DNA of 51,743 nt from Minisyncoccota bacterium (lineage in GTDB: Bacteria; Patescibacteriota; Minisyncoccia; Phycocordibacterales; PALSA-1337): assembly GCA_036516895.1 (NCBI GenBank), contig DATDZD010000016.1, positions 1 to 51,743 of the forward strand, given 5' to 3'. Each line of letters starts with the position of its first letter. Position 1 is the stretch's first letter. The notes beneath the pieces are model-generated. The model did no database searches and was not told the origin of the DNA. It saw only the letters and a program-made list of their open reading frames with translations. The translations under genes and the position numbers were made by a program. Shown here piece by piece: positions 15,585 through 24,922 of the stretch.

Positions 15585-16661
15585 ATGACAATAATCATAT
15601 TTATACTAGTCCTAGCAATCCTCATTTTTGTCCACGAACTTGGACATTTTCTGACAGCGCGAGCGTGCGGAATAAGAGTAGATGAGTTTGCTCTCGGCTT
15701 TGGGACACGACTTTGGCAAGTTAAAAAAGGAGAAACTACATACGCTTTGAATCTCATACCATTTGGCGGTTATGTAAAAATATTTGGAGAAAATCCAGAC
15801 GAAGAATCAATAAACGGTCCAGATAAGGCCAGAAGTTTTGTAAATAAACCGAAATGGCAACAGATAGCAGTTTTGGTAGCTGGAGTCTTTTTTAATTTTA
15901 TATTCGCATGTATTCTTATCTCTTCAGCTTTCATATCCGGAGTACCAGCTTCAATAGAAAGTTATCCTAAATACGCCGATAGTATGACTAATCCTAGAAT
16001 AGTCATCACATATATTGAACCCAATTCTCCAGCAGAAAAAGCCGGGTTAAAAGCCGGCGATGAAATTCAAAATGCTGGTTCAATAGAGACTTTGCAAAAA
16101 TCTATTTCAGAGAGTCGTGACAAAGGCATTGAAATAGATTACAAAAGAAATGATATAGACTCAAGGACAACTATCATTGCCAAAGAGGGAATTGTGGAAG
16201 GAAAATATGCTATAGGTATTGCTATGGATAAAGTTTCTACTTTGAAATTACCTATTCATTTGGCTTTCATAGAAAGTGCCCGTTTTACTCTTCATATGAT
16301 AAAATCAGTGACCGTGGGTATTTATGATTTGATAATTGGAATGTTCAATGGCGTTTCAAAGCTGTCATCAGTCACTGGACCTATTGGAATTGCTGAGATG
16401 ATTGGAGATGCAAGCAATCTCGGTTTTACTTATCTTATGATGTTTACAGCCCTTATTTCCATCAATCTGGGAGTACTTAATCTTGTGCCATTTCCTGCAT
16501 TAGATGGAGGTAGGATACTATTTGTAATGATTGAAGCAATAATCAGACGACCCATCAAGCCCATTGTAGCAAATTCTATAAATGCTGTCGGATTCGGTCT
16601 TCTTATTTTACTTATGATTGTGGTGACTTATAAGGATATAGTTAAATTGTTTGTGAAATAA
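15585..16661 (+). CDS. rseP: RIP metalloprotease RseP (site-2 protease, M50)
   Basis: HELGHF in TM1, a central PDZ-like segment (PAEKAGLKAGDEI) and the NLVPFPALDGG motif. Confidence 0.9.
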   Translation: MTIIIFILVLAILIFVHELGHFLTARACGIRVDEFALGFGTRLWQVKKGETTYALNLIPFGGYVKIFGENPDEESINGPDKARSFVNKPKWQQIAVLVAGVFFNFIFACILISSAFISGVPASIESYPKYADSMTNPRIVITYIEPNSPAEKAGLKAGDEIQNAGSIETLQKSISESRDKGIEIDYKRNDIDSRTTIIAKEGIVEGKYAIGIAMDKVSTLKLPIHLAFIESARFTLHMIKSVTVGIYDLIIGMFNGVSKLSSVTGPIGIAEMIGDASNLGFTYLMMFTALISINLGVLNLVPFPALDGGRILFVMIEAIIRRPIKPIVANSINAVGFGLLILLMIVVTYKDIVKLFVK

Positions 16662-16792
16662 TTCGTATAGAAACCAGAGTAAATATATTGAAAATAATTT
16701 ATCCATATTCTCTACACTTTGACACGCTAATATTAAAAGATATCTTAAAAAAACAACTACACAATGACAAAAATTCATGATAGGATATTGTC

Positions 16793-18028
16793 ATGAAGCA
16801 ATCATTGCTTTTCACCCAAACTCGCAAAGAAGCGCCGAAAGATGAAGTGTCAAAAAATGCCGAACTCCTGATTCGGGCGGGCTTTATTCATAAAGAAATG
16901 GCGGGGGTGTATTCATATTTGCCTCTTGGTCTACGAGTGATGAATAAAATCATTCAAATTATTCGCCAAGAGATGAACGCTATCGGCGGACAAGAGCTTC
17001 TTCTCACATCTCTACAAGACAAAAAAATCTGGGAGCAGTCTGGTAGATGGGATTCAGCTGTTGTAGATAGCTGGTTCAAGACAAAACTCAAAAATGATAC
17101 TGATGTGGGCTTGGCCTTTACTCATGAAGAGCCCCTCACCAAACTCATGACGGAATATTTGAGGTCATTTAGAGATTTGCCAGTATATGTATACCAATTC
17201 CAAACAAAATTCCGAAATGAGGCAAGAGCAAAAAGTGGCATCATGCGCGGTCGCGAATTTGTCATGAAAGATTTGTATTCTTTCTGCAGAGATGGAAAAG
17301 AACACAATGAATTTTATGAAAAAACAAAGCAAGCTTATGTCAATATTTTTGAAAAGCTTGGGCTTGGAGACAGAACATATATTACATTCGCTTCTGGCGG
17401 TTCTTTTTCAAAATATTCTCATGAATTTCAGACGATTACATCGGCGGGAGAAGATTCTATATTTATAGATGAAAAGAAAAAAATCGCTATAAACAAAGAA
17501 GTTCTAAACGACGAAGTCTTGAAAGATTTAGGTCTAAAAAAATCAGACCTCGTAGAAAAAAAAGCTGTGGAAGTGGGGAATATTTTCTCTTTGGGAAATC
17601 GTTTTTCCGAAGCGTTTGGGCTTCTATATACTGATGAGAAGGGCATAAAGAAGCCAGTGGTGATGGGTAGCTATGGAATAGGGCCTGGAAGAATAATGGG
17701 AACCGTCGCCGAAGTCCTTTCTGATGACAAAGGATTAGTCTGGCCAAAGAACATTTCTCCTTTTGATATTCATTTGATTTCTATTGAGGATAAAGGAGAG
17801 GTGGTCAAAAGAGAAGCTGACAAGCTTTATGAAACTCTTATAAAAAAAGGCATAGAGGTTTTATATGACGACCGAGACATTCGCGCAGGAGAAAAATTTG
17901 CAGATAGCGACCTTATCGGCATTCCAACTAGAATAGTAATAAGCGAGAAGACTTTGGAAAATGGAGAAGTTGAAGTGAAAGATAGAATGACGGGGGAGGT
18001 GGAGAGGAAAAAAGTGGGGGAGTTTTAG
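16793..18028 (+). CDS. proS: prolyl-tRNA synthetase, bacterial-type without the INS editing domain
   Basis: The N-terminus parallels bacterial ProRS (LFTQTRKEAPKDEVSKNAELLIRAGFIHKEMAGVYSYLPLG). Class II motifs and an anticodon-binding C-terminus are present. It is only 411 aa. Confidence 0.92.
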   Translation: MKQSLLFTQTRKEAPKDEVSKNAELLIRAGFIHKEMAGVYSYLPLGLRVMNKIIQIIRQEMNAIGGQELLLTSLQDKKIWEQSGRWDSAVVDSWFKTKLKNDTDVGLAFTHEEPLTKLMTEYLRSFRDLPVYVYQFQTKFRNEARAKSGIMRGREFVMKDLYSFCRDGKEHNEFYEKTKQAYVNIFEKLGLGDRTYITFASGGSFSKYSHEFQTITSAGEDSIFIDEKKKIAINKEVLNDEVLKDLGLKKSDLVEKKAVEVGNIFSLGNRFSEAFGLLYTDEKGIKKPVVMGSYGIGPGRIMGTVAEVLSDDKGLVWPKNISPFDIHLISIEDKGEVVKREADKLYETLIKKGIEVLYDDRDIRAGEKFADSDLIGIPTRIVISEKTLENGEVEVKDRMTGEVERKKVGEF

Positions 18029-18074
18029 GTGGACGATTAATTTTTCATATAATATCGTCGATTTACTAACTTAT

Positions 18075-18692
18075 ATGCATATATTCAAAAAAGGAAATTT
18101 CAAACCACTTTCAAATAATTTCAAACAATTAGGTTTAGTTGCTCTGCAACAACTATCTGAGTTTCAAGATAAATTTAATATTCAAGATACTGACACTACA
18201 ATAAATTCAATAAGAGATACTATTGTGGCAAGTTATCTCGGATTTGACTTGGTGAATTGGGATAAACATGGATTTGATGCTAAAAATAATAGAACAGATG
18301 AATTTCTGGAAGTCAAACAATGTAGTTTATCGGCCAAAAGGTGGGGAGGTACTTGGAATGATACGAATTTAGAGAAAGCGAGAGCTTTTTCTAATCCAAA
18401 ATTATTTACGGTGATTGTAGTATGGAAAGGTGCGAGTGACTTACAATTTATGGTATATGGTCAAGATAAGCGTCTGGGCAAGTATCTTCGTGAGCGTATA
18501 AAGAACAGAAAGAAGGGAAGTCGTTCTACACAAAATATTGGAATAGAAAAATTGATAGAATGGGGTTTTTCCGTAATTATTCCACCCGAAAAAGATAAGA
18601 ACCTTATGCTCAATCAGCTCTTAATATACAACAAGAAACTAGAAAAATTTCTTGATTTAAGAAAGATAAAAACTATAGAAGATTCTAGATAA
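18075..18692 (+). CDS. putative type II restriction endonuclease (PD-(D/E)xK-like)
   Basis: It is convergent with, and directly abuts, a DNA methyltransferase gene. A candidate catalytic motif is GFDA...DEFLEVKQ (D...ExK). I recognise no other family match. Confidence 0.5.
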   Translation: MHIFKKGNFKPLSNNFKQLGLVALQQLSEFQDKFNIQDTDTTINSIRDTIVASYLGFDLVNWDKHGFDAKNNRTDEFLEVKQCSLSAKRWGGTWNDTNLEKARAFSNPKLFTVIVVWKGASDLQFMVYGQDKRLGKYLRERIKNRKKGSRSTQNIGIEKLIEWGFSVIIPPEKDKNLMLNQLLIYNKKLEKFLDLRKIKTIEDSR

Positions 18693-19628
18693 CTAAAATA
18701 ATTTCTCTATTTTTTTGGTAGAAGTAATAACTCTTTCAGCAAGTTTAATATAATCTGGATTTATTTCAAATCCTATGTAGTTCTGTCCAAGCTCTTTTGC
18801 TATCGCACATTCAGAACCACTTCCAACGAAAGGCACGAGTACCACTCCGTCATTTTTAGGCATTGCAGACTTGATTAATTTTCTACAAAGTTCTAATGGT
18901 TTTTGAGTCGGATGTTTTACTATTTCATGATTGATATGATTCTTTAATTCTCTTGGCTCGTAAATGCCATTGCAATTTTTGCAAATAAACCATCTCTCAT
19001 TCATGCCAGCTCCTCCCGCTAAAGCCGGTATTTTTATCACATCACGTGGCAATGCGCCACTTTCATGTGCATTATATATTGTCTTTTTACCATTACTACT
19101 ATATCTACCGATAGTCCCTTTTCTTATTTTACCTGCAGCGCCATTTAAAAATCCTTGTGTGTAGGGTTCTCTGATCTCATCTTTATTGAAAATAGGTCTT
19201 TCTTTCCATGCACATATGATAGATTCATGACTTCTTTGCCAGAAATTTAAAGAAGTTACATTCTTATTAGTATAATGCCAAATTAACCATCTTTTATTGA
19301 TTGAAATTTCTACCGAGAGAAAAGCTAATATCTCACTAAACCCGTAGATAAATAATGTTCCAGTCGGTTTTAGAATTCTCACCGATTCATCTATCCAACT
19401 TTTTGACCAATTTATGTATTCATTTAGCTCTCTCTTATCAATATTATTTCCGAAATCTTTTCCGATATTATATGGTGGATCGATAATTATCACATCGCAA
19501 GATTCATCTGGCAGCTTTTTAAGTCCATGTACACAATCGCCAAGAATAACCTTATTAATAGGTAAAATATTGACCTCTAGCTTTTTTTTCTTTTCTATTT
19601 GTTTAGTAAACATCTCCATGACATACAT
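18693..19628 (-). CDS. DNA methyltransferase (N6_N4_Mtase, beta class, probably m6A)
   Basis: Motif IV IIDPPYN precedes motif I VLVPFVGSGSE (beta-class order). HPTQKP is present, and a CxxC...HxxxH insertion (FICKNCNG...HINHE) is present. Confidence 0.9.
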   Translation of the reverse strand: MYVMEMFTKQIEKKKKLEVNILPINKVILGDCVHGLKKLPDESCDVIIIDPPYNIGKDFGNNIDKRELNEYINWSKSWIDESVRILKPTGTLFIYGFSEILAFLSVEISINKRWLIWHYTNKNVTSLNFWQRSHESIICAWKERPIFNKDEIREPYTQGFLNGAAGKIRKGTIGRYSSNGKKTIYNAHESGALPRDVIKIPALAGGAGMNERWFICKNCNGIYEPRELKNHINHEIVKHPTQKPLELCRKLIKSAMPKNDGVVLVPFVGSGSECAIAKELGQNYIGFEINPDYIKLAERVITSTKKIEKLF

Positions 19629-19723
19629 TATCTCTTATTCTATAACCTTATTCAATAAGATGTAGACACTAATGATTATAAACCCCTTTTTCCCATAGCA
19701 TTTCTCATTGAATATGATAATGT

Positions 19724-20803
19724 ATGGCTATGGCAAAGGATTCTATAAAGACTTGGAAAGAACGCCTCTATAACTATCTTTCAAATGATATTGGTATAGA
19801 CTTGGGAACAGCCAATACTATTGTCTATTTGCGAGGGCATGGCATTGTGGTAAATGAACCATCAGTCGTGGCGGTGAACCAAAAGACTGGACAAGTGGTG
19901 GCTATAGGAACGGAGGCAAAAAACATGCTTGGCAGGACTCCGTCGCATATTATTGCCATCAGACCTCTAGTTGATGGCGTGATATCTGATTTTGAAGTGA
20001 CAGAGGAAATGATTTCTTATCTGGTAAAAAAAGCCGAAGAATATTCAAAGAAAATACTTGGTCCGAGAGTTGTGGTGGGAGTGCCTTCTGGCGTGACAAG
20101 CGTGGAGGTTAGAGCTGTGCGAGACGCCACAAAAAATGCCGGGGCGCGAGAAGTCTATATAGTAGAAGAACCCATGGCGGGAGCAATAGGAATTCGCTTG
20201 CCGATACATGAGCCGATAGGAAGCATGATTATAGACATTGGCGGAGGAACTACAGATATTGCTGTCATTTCTCTTGGAGGCATTGTTAGGTCAAAAAATC
20301 TGAAGATAGCCGGCGATAAACTTAATGGCGACATCATGTTTTATATCAGAAATGAATTTAAAATTCTCATAGGTGAAAAAACTGCCGAATATATAAAGAT
20401 AGCTACAGGAGCTGTTGTTCCCGGAGAATCTTTGGAGACAACCATTCGCGGGAGAGACCTTATCACCGGATTGCCAAGAGAAGTTGTCATCACTGATTCG
20501 GATATTCGTGAAGCGATGATGAGTTCTATTGACAATCTAATAGAAGCGGCAAAAGAAGTTCTTGAAACCACTCCTCCCGAAATACTTTCAGATGTTATGC
20601 ACAGAGGAGTGCATCTAGTAGGTGGTGGCGCTCTCATAAAAGGTCTTGACGAGCTTCTTTCTATGGCATTGAAAATCCCTGTATATATTGCCGAGGACCC
20701 TCTTACAGCTATAGCCAGGGGCACAGGTATTATCCTTGAAGACCTTCAAAAATATCAAGATATATTGATAGAAAATGAAGATGAATTGTCTTCTCAAAAA
20801 TAA
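19724..20803 (+). CDS. mreB: rod-shape-determining protein MreB
   Basis: Actin-fold motifs are present: DIGIDLGTANT, MIIDIGGGTTDIAV and VHLVGGGALIKGLD. Confidence 0.95.
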   Translation: MAMAKDSIKTWKERLYNYLSNDIGIDLGTANTIVYLRGHGIVVNEPSVVAVNQKTGQVVAIGTEAKNMLGRTPSHIIAIRPLVDGVISDFEVTEEMISYLVKKAEEYSKKILGPRVVVGVPSGVTSVEVRAVRDATKNAGAREVYIVEEPMAGAIGIRLPIHEPIGSMIIDIGGGTTDIAVISLGGIVRSKNLKIAGDKLNGDIMFYIRNEFKILIGEKTAEYIKIATGAVVPGESLETTIRGRDLITGLPREVVITDSDIREAMMSSIDNLIEAAKEVLETTPPEILSDVMHRGVHLVGGGALIKGLDELLSMALKIPVYIAEDPLTAIARGTGIILEDLQKYQDILIENEDELSSQK

Positions 20804-20804
20804 G

Positions 20805-21629
20805 ATGAATATCAATTTTAATATTCAACAAAAAAGAAGACCGTCATATTTACCTTTTAAAATCATTTTCGGCATAGCTATATCGTTGATAATAATTCAT
20901 ATCATAGCCCCAAGTGCTTTGTCATCTTTTTTCATCCCCATAGTTAGACCTTTCTGGAATATAGAAAACACTGTTCGTTATGGCAATGCTTTCATTTCCA
21001 TATCGGATTTGGTAAAAGAGAATCAAGAATTGAATATGACACTAATCAAAAATCAGATGATTTATGTGCAAGCGAATTCAATGAAGAAAGAAAACGACGA
21101 GTTGAAAGAGATGTTTGGTCGTTCAATATCATCAAGACCGATTCTGGCTCAAATACTTAAGAAACCGCCTTTTTCAGCTTATGATACTTTTATTCTTGAT
21201 GTGGGAAGAGATGTTGGAATTGAAAAGGGTAATATGGTATACGCTTTGGGTAATATTCCTATAGGAGAAATTGCTCTAGTGACTGATAATACTTCAAAGG
21301 TATTGCTTTATTCTTCTTCCGGCGGTAAATTTGATGTCCTAATCGGAGATTCCAATATAGAAGCTACAGCCATAGGCAAAAGCGGAGGAACATTTGAAAT
21401 CACTTTGCCTCGCGATACCAAAATAGTCAAAGGAGACAATATAAAGATACCCAGTTTATCAGATTCTTTTCTCGGTACTGTGGAAGAAATAATATCGGAG
21501 TCATCTCACCCCTTTTCAACTATTCTTTTTCGTCAACCAATAAATATATATGAATTAAGATGGGTGATTGTTGATATGGCGAAGATTTCAAAGCGATTGG
21601 AAATAACTGCTGAAATAAAAGATAATTAA
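20805..21629 (+). CDS. mreC: rod-shape-determining protein MreC
   Basis: It lies directly after mreB and has an N-terminal TM segment, a coiled-coil (ENQELNMTLIKNQ) and a C-terminal beta domain. The ATG at 20805 is preferred over 20775, which overlaps mreB by 29 nt. Confidence 0.8.
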   Translation: MNINFNIQQKRRPSYLPFKIIFGIAISLIIIHIIAPSALSSFFIPIVRPFWNIENTVRYGNAFISISDLVKENQELNMTLIKNQMIYVQANSMKKENDELKEMFGRSISSRPILAQILKKPPFSAYDTFILDVGRDVGIEKGNMVYALGNIPIGEIALVTDNTSKVLLYSSSGGKFDVLIGDSNIEATAIGKSGGTFEITLPRDTKIVKGDNIKIPSLSDSFLGTVEEIISESSHPFSTILFRQPINIYELRWVIVDMAKISKRLEITAEIKDN

Positions 21630-21631
21630 AA

Positions 21632-21910
21632 ATGACAGTTGATAATAAAACATTTCGCATAATAGCTGGCGTGGCGATGTCTGGGTGTATAGTGTGGGGA
21701 TATTGGTGGTTAACATGGGTTTTGGCGATATCCCTTCTCTTCATTTTTTATGATTATTATGAAATTATTTTATGGGGAATAATATATGACGCCATATATG
21801 GACTTCCTTTATCACAATTTTACAATATGCCATATATTTTTAGCATATCAAGCATTGTTCTTTTTACATTGGCTTTTTTTTTGAGAAGAAATTTGATTGC
21901 ATATAAATAG
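21632..21910 (+). CDS. small polytopic membrane protein in the mreD position
   Basis: 92 aa with about three TM helices, 2 nt after mreC and upstream of PBP2. It is shorter than canonical MreD. Confidence 0.35.
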   Translation: MTVDNKTFRIIAGVAMSGCIVWGYWWLTWVLAISLLFIFYDYYEIILWGIIYDAIYGLPLSQFYNMPYIFSISSIVLFTLAFFLRRNLIAYK

Positions 21911-21984
21911 AATGTCTTACTGAATATAAATGGATATAATTAAACATAATAAAAAAGCAAATTGGAAAGTAAAAAAGAGATAAG

Positions 21985-23655
21985 ATGAAAAAAAATAAAT
22001 ACAGAGAAATAGACCCCGATGAGATTTTTATTGATTCGCGCAATCTTCCTCAATTTGATACGAATCAATTTGAAGGACGCCTAGACAAACCGATTTCAAA
22101 ATTAAGTCTGTTATTTATTATTATCGTTTTTGTCTTTATAGCCGGTTCCTATCTGATTCAAGCGTGGAATTTGCAAATAAAAGACGGACAAAAATACGCC
22201 TTGCGCAGTGAAAACAATCGTCTTCGTCATATTCCTATCTTTGCCTCGCGGGGTGTCATATATGATAGAAATGGTGTGGAATTGTCATGGAATGCTCCAG
22301 GCGAGAATTCCGATGTTCCAGCGAGGAAATATAAGCCAATAGAAGGTTTGGCGCATGTCTTGGGATATATTCAATATCCTTCAAAAGACAGTTCCGGATT
22401 TTATTATCAAGAAGATTTTATTGGAATAGACGGAGTGGAAGAATATTATGATGATATTCTTCGTGGAATAAATGGATTAAAACTCATAGAGGTTGATGTT
22501 TATGGAAAAATCCAATCGGAAAATATTGTCAAACCGCCGAAACAGGGAGAAAGTATCGTTCTCTCTATAGATTCACGCGTGCAATCAAAGATGTATTCGG
22601 CTATAAGCGATATCGCTCATCGTGTGGGATTTGCGGGCGGGGCGGGAATAATTATTGATGTGACCAACGGAGAAATTATCGCCATGACAAGTTATCCCGA
22701 ATATGATTCAGAAACCATGTCTTCAAAAACAGATGTGGTTAAAGTCAAATCGTATCTCAATAACAAAGATAAGCCATTTCTCAATAGAGTTGTAGACGGG
22801 CTCTATACCCCCGGCTCTATTGTTAAGCCATATATGGCTATTGGGGCTCTCAATGAAAAGACAATGGACCCATTAAAAAAGATACTAGCCAATGGCTCCA
22901 TTTCTATAGAAAATGACTATGACCCAAAACTGTTCACTGTATTTAAGGATTGGAAAGTATTGGGCTGGCTTGATATGCGACATGCGATAGCCATGTCATC
23001 TGATGTTTATTTTTATCAATTAGGCGGTGGGTATAAAGACCAGAAAGGGCTTGGCATAACCAATATATATAGATATATGGATATGTTTGGCTTTGGTCGC
23101 AGAATAGAAAATTCATTTTTCACTGGAGCAAAGGGAACAGTTCCGTCTCCTCAATGGAAAAAAGATAATTTCAATGGAGAAAGTTGGAGACTTGGAAATA
23201 CATATCATACATCTATAGGTCAGTACGGTTTTCAATCTTCACCAATACAGATTGCAAGAGCCGTGTCAGCTATTGCTGTGAAAGGCATACTGCGAGACCC
23301 TTCTATTATAAAAGGTCAAGTAGGACCAGTTCTCCGTTCTTTGGATATTCCAGAAAGTTATTTCAATATAGTCCACGAAGGCATGCGACTCGGAGCTGTT
23401 GAAGGGACTGGCAAAGCTTTGAATGTGGCTTATGTGAAAATAGCTACAAAAACTGGGACAGCCGAGCTTGGAGTGGAAAAAGCCAATGTTAATTCTTGGG
23501 TTACAGGATTTTTTCCTTATGACAATCCTCGTTATGCTTTTGTTATAGTTATGGAGAAGGGTTCGGTTCATAATCTCATTGGAGCTGTGGCGGCAATGAG
23601 AGAAGTATTGGATTGGATGAATGTTAATACTCCGGAATTCTTTGAAAACCGCTAA
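21985..23655 (+). CDS. mrdA: penicillin-binding protein 2 (elongation transpeptidase)
   Basis: N-terminal TM and PBP dimerisation domain, with SxxK (PGSIVKP), an SxN-like motif (MSSDVYF) and KTG (TKTGTAE). It lies within the mreBCD context. Confidence 0.9.
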   Translation: MKKNKYREIDPDEIFIDSRNLPQFDTNQFEGRLDKPISKLSLLFIIIVFVFIAGSYLIQAWNLQIKDGQKYALRSENNRLRHIPIFASRGVIYDRNGVELSWNAPGENSDVPARKYKPIEGLAHVLGYIQYPSKDSSGFYYQEDFIGIDGVEEYYDDILRGINGLKLIEVDVYGKIQSENIVKPPKQGESIVLSIDSRVQSKMYSAISDIAHRVGFAGGAGIIIDVTNGEIIAMTSYPEYDSETMSSKTDVVKVKSYLNNKDKPFLNRVVDGLYTPGSIVKPYMAIGALNEKTMDPLKKILANGSISIENDYDPKLFTVFKDWKVLGWLDMRHAIAMSSDVYFYQLGGGYKDQKGLGITNIYRYMDMFGFGRRIENSFFTGAKGTVPSPQWKKDNFNGESWRLGNTYHTSIGQYGFQSSPIQIARAVSAIAVKGILRDPSIIKGQVGPVLRSLDIPESYFNIVHEGMRLGAVEGTGKALNVAYVKIATKTGTAELGVEKANVNSWVTGFFPYDNPRYAFVIVMEKGSVHNLIGAVAAMREVLDWMNVNTPEFFENR

Positions 23656-23688
23656 AACTATTACAGACTATTGAACCGTTACGCATTA

Positions 23689-23831
23689 TTGACTTTAAAA
23701 CAATATTTGTGATATGGTAAAGCAAAGGCCATAGACAGAAGGTAATTCGCTTAATGGCGGACATAATATCCTTCCGAGGTTTACTCTAGGGCTTCAGTAA
23801 AGGTCGTCTTATTTAGTAGAATAATATACAA
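23689..23831 (+). promoter_or_regulatory. candidate rplJ promoter and L10-leader region
   Basis: TTGACT (23689-94), 18 nt, TATGGT (23713-18), followed by a 113-nt leader more G+C-rich than its surroundings. The L10(L12)4 autoregulatory leader is known from other bacteria, but its structure is not verified here. Confidence 0.3.
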
Positions 23832-24332
23832 ATGGCACGCACAAAATTAGAAAAAAAGGAGATTATAAAGAAAGTTGAGGATATTGTAAACTCTGCCGAG
23901 TCGGTTGTTTTTGTCAATTTTCACGGACTTAAAGTGGGGGACACCATGAAGGTTCGTAGACAGTTGAGAAGCGAGGATGTGGAATTTTTTGTGGCAAAGA
24001 AAACGCTTGCTCGCAAAGCCCTTGAAAGTGAAAATTTGGGCAAGAAAATTGAAAGCAATCTGCCGGAATTGAGAGGAGAATTGGGTCTTGCGTATAGCAA
24101 AGACCTCACTGCTCCAGCTCGCGAAATATATGGATTTCAAAAAAAATTCAAAGACAGCATCTCTATACTAGGAGGCATATTTGAGTCAAAATATATGACA
24201 AAAGAAGAGATGTTGGTCATTGCTCTTATTCCTAAGCAAAAGACTCTTCAGGCCATGTTTGTCAATGTCATCAACTCGCCTATTCAGGGCTTTGTCATGG
24301 TTTTGAGTGAAATAGGCAAGAAAAAAGTCTAG
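23832..24332 (+). CDS. rplJ: 50S ribosomal protein L10
   Basis: 166 aa with a typical L10 N-terminus (KKEIIKKVEDIVNSAESVVFVNFHGLKVGDTMKVRRQLR). It is followed by rplL. Confidence 0.93.
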   Translation: MARTKLEKKEIIKKVEDIVNSAESVVFVNFHGLKVGDTMKVRRQLRSEDVEFFVAKKTLARKALESENLGKKIESNLPELRGELGLAYSKDLTAPAREIYGFQKKFKDSISILGGIFESKYMTKEEMLVIALIPKQKTLQAMFVNVINSPIQGFVMVLSEIGKKKV

Positions 24333-24448
24333 GGAAAATTGGACAAAATTCTTTCTCTGGACACAAGCTCTTTTTTCTTCGGCAAGCTCAGAAAAAAGAC
24401 TTCTGTCCATCAACGAATTTTGTCTCAATTTTCCGAGCCGATTTTACC
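24333..24448. repeat. about 102-nt palindromic element plus a shared 15-mer in the rplJ-rplL spacer
   Basis: GGAAAATTGGACAAAATTC (24333-51) pairs with GAATTTTGTCTCAATTTTCC (24415-34). TGGACA pairs with TGTCCA. An inner perfect 10-bp stem is TCTTTTTTCT / AGAAAAAAGA. Next comes CGAGCCGATTTTACC (24434-48), the reverse complement of 15467-81. Confidence 0.6.
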
Positions 24449-24488
24449 AAGATATATTATCATTACTTATAATCAATAAATCATCAAA

Positions 24489-24884
24489 ATGGAAAATAAA
24501 ACAGAAATAATAGAAATTCCAGCGAAATTCAAATCTATTGTAGACTCAATAGAGAAAATGTCGGTATTAGACCTAAATGAGCTAGTGAAGCTTCTTGAAA
24601 AAAAGTTCGGTGTTTCAGCGACAGCCGTAGCTGTAGTCGCTCCAACGACAGGAGCTCCAACGACAGAAGAAAAGACTACTATGTCTGTTCATCTTGCGTC
24701 TGCAGGAGAACAAAAGATAGCGGTTATTAAGGTTGTCAAAGAAGTTCTTGCTCTTGGTCTCAAAGAAGCCAAAGACCTTGTAGATGCGGCTCCAGCTCTA
24801 CTTAAAGATGGCATGAAAAAGGAAGATGCCGAAGCGCTAAAGAAGAAGATTGAGACAGCGGGCGGAAAAGTGGAGTTGAAATAG
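24489..24884 (+). CDS. rplL: 50S ribosomal protein L7/L12
   Basis: 131 aa with an N-terminal dimerisation helix, an Ala/Pro hinge and a conserved C-terminal domain ([20 protein letters not shown]...[15 protein letters not shown]). Confidence 0.95.
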   Translation: MENKTEIIEIPAKFKSIVDSIEKMSVLDLNELVKLLEKKFGVSATAVAVVAPTTGAPTTEEKTTMSVHLASAGEQKIAVIKVVKEVLALGLKEAKDLVDAAPALLKDGMKKEDAEALKKKIETAGGKVELK

Positions 24885-24922
24885 ATTGCAAGAGCTCGCA
24901 AAATTGAACTCTACTGACTTTT

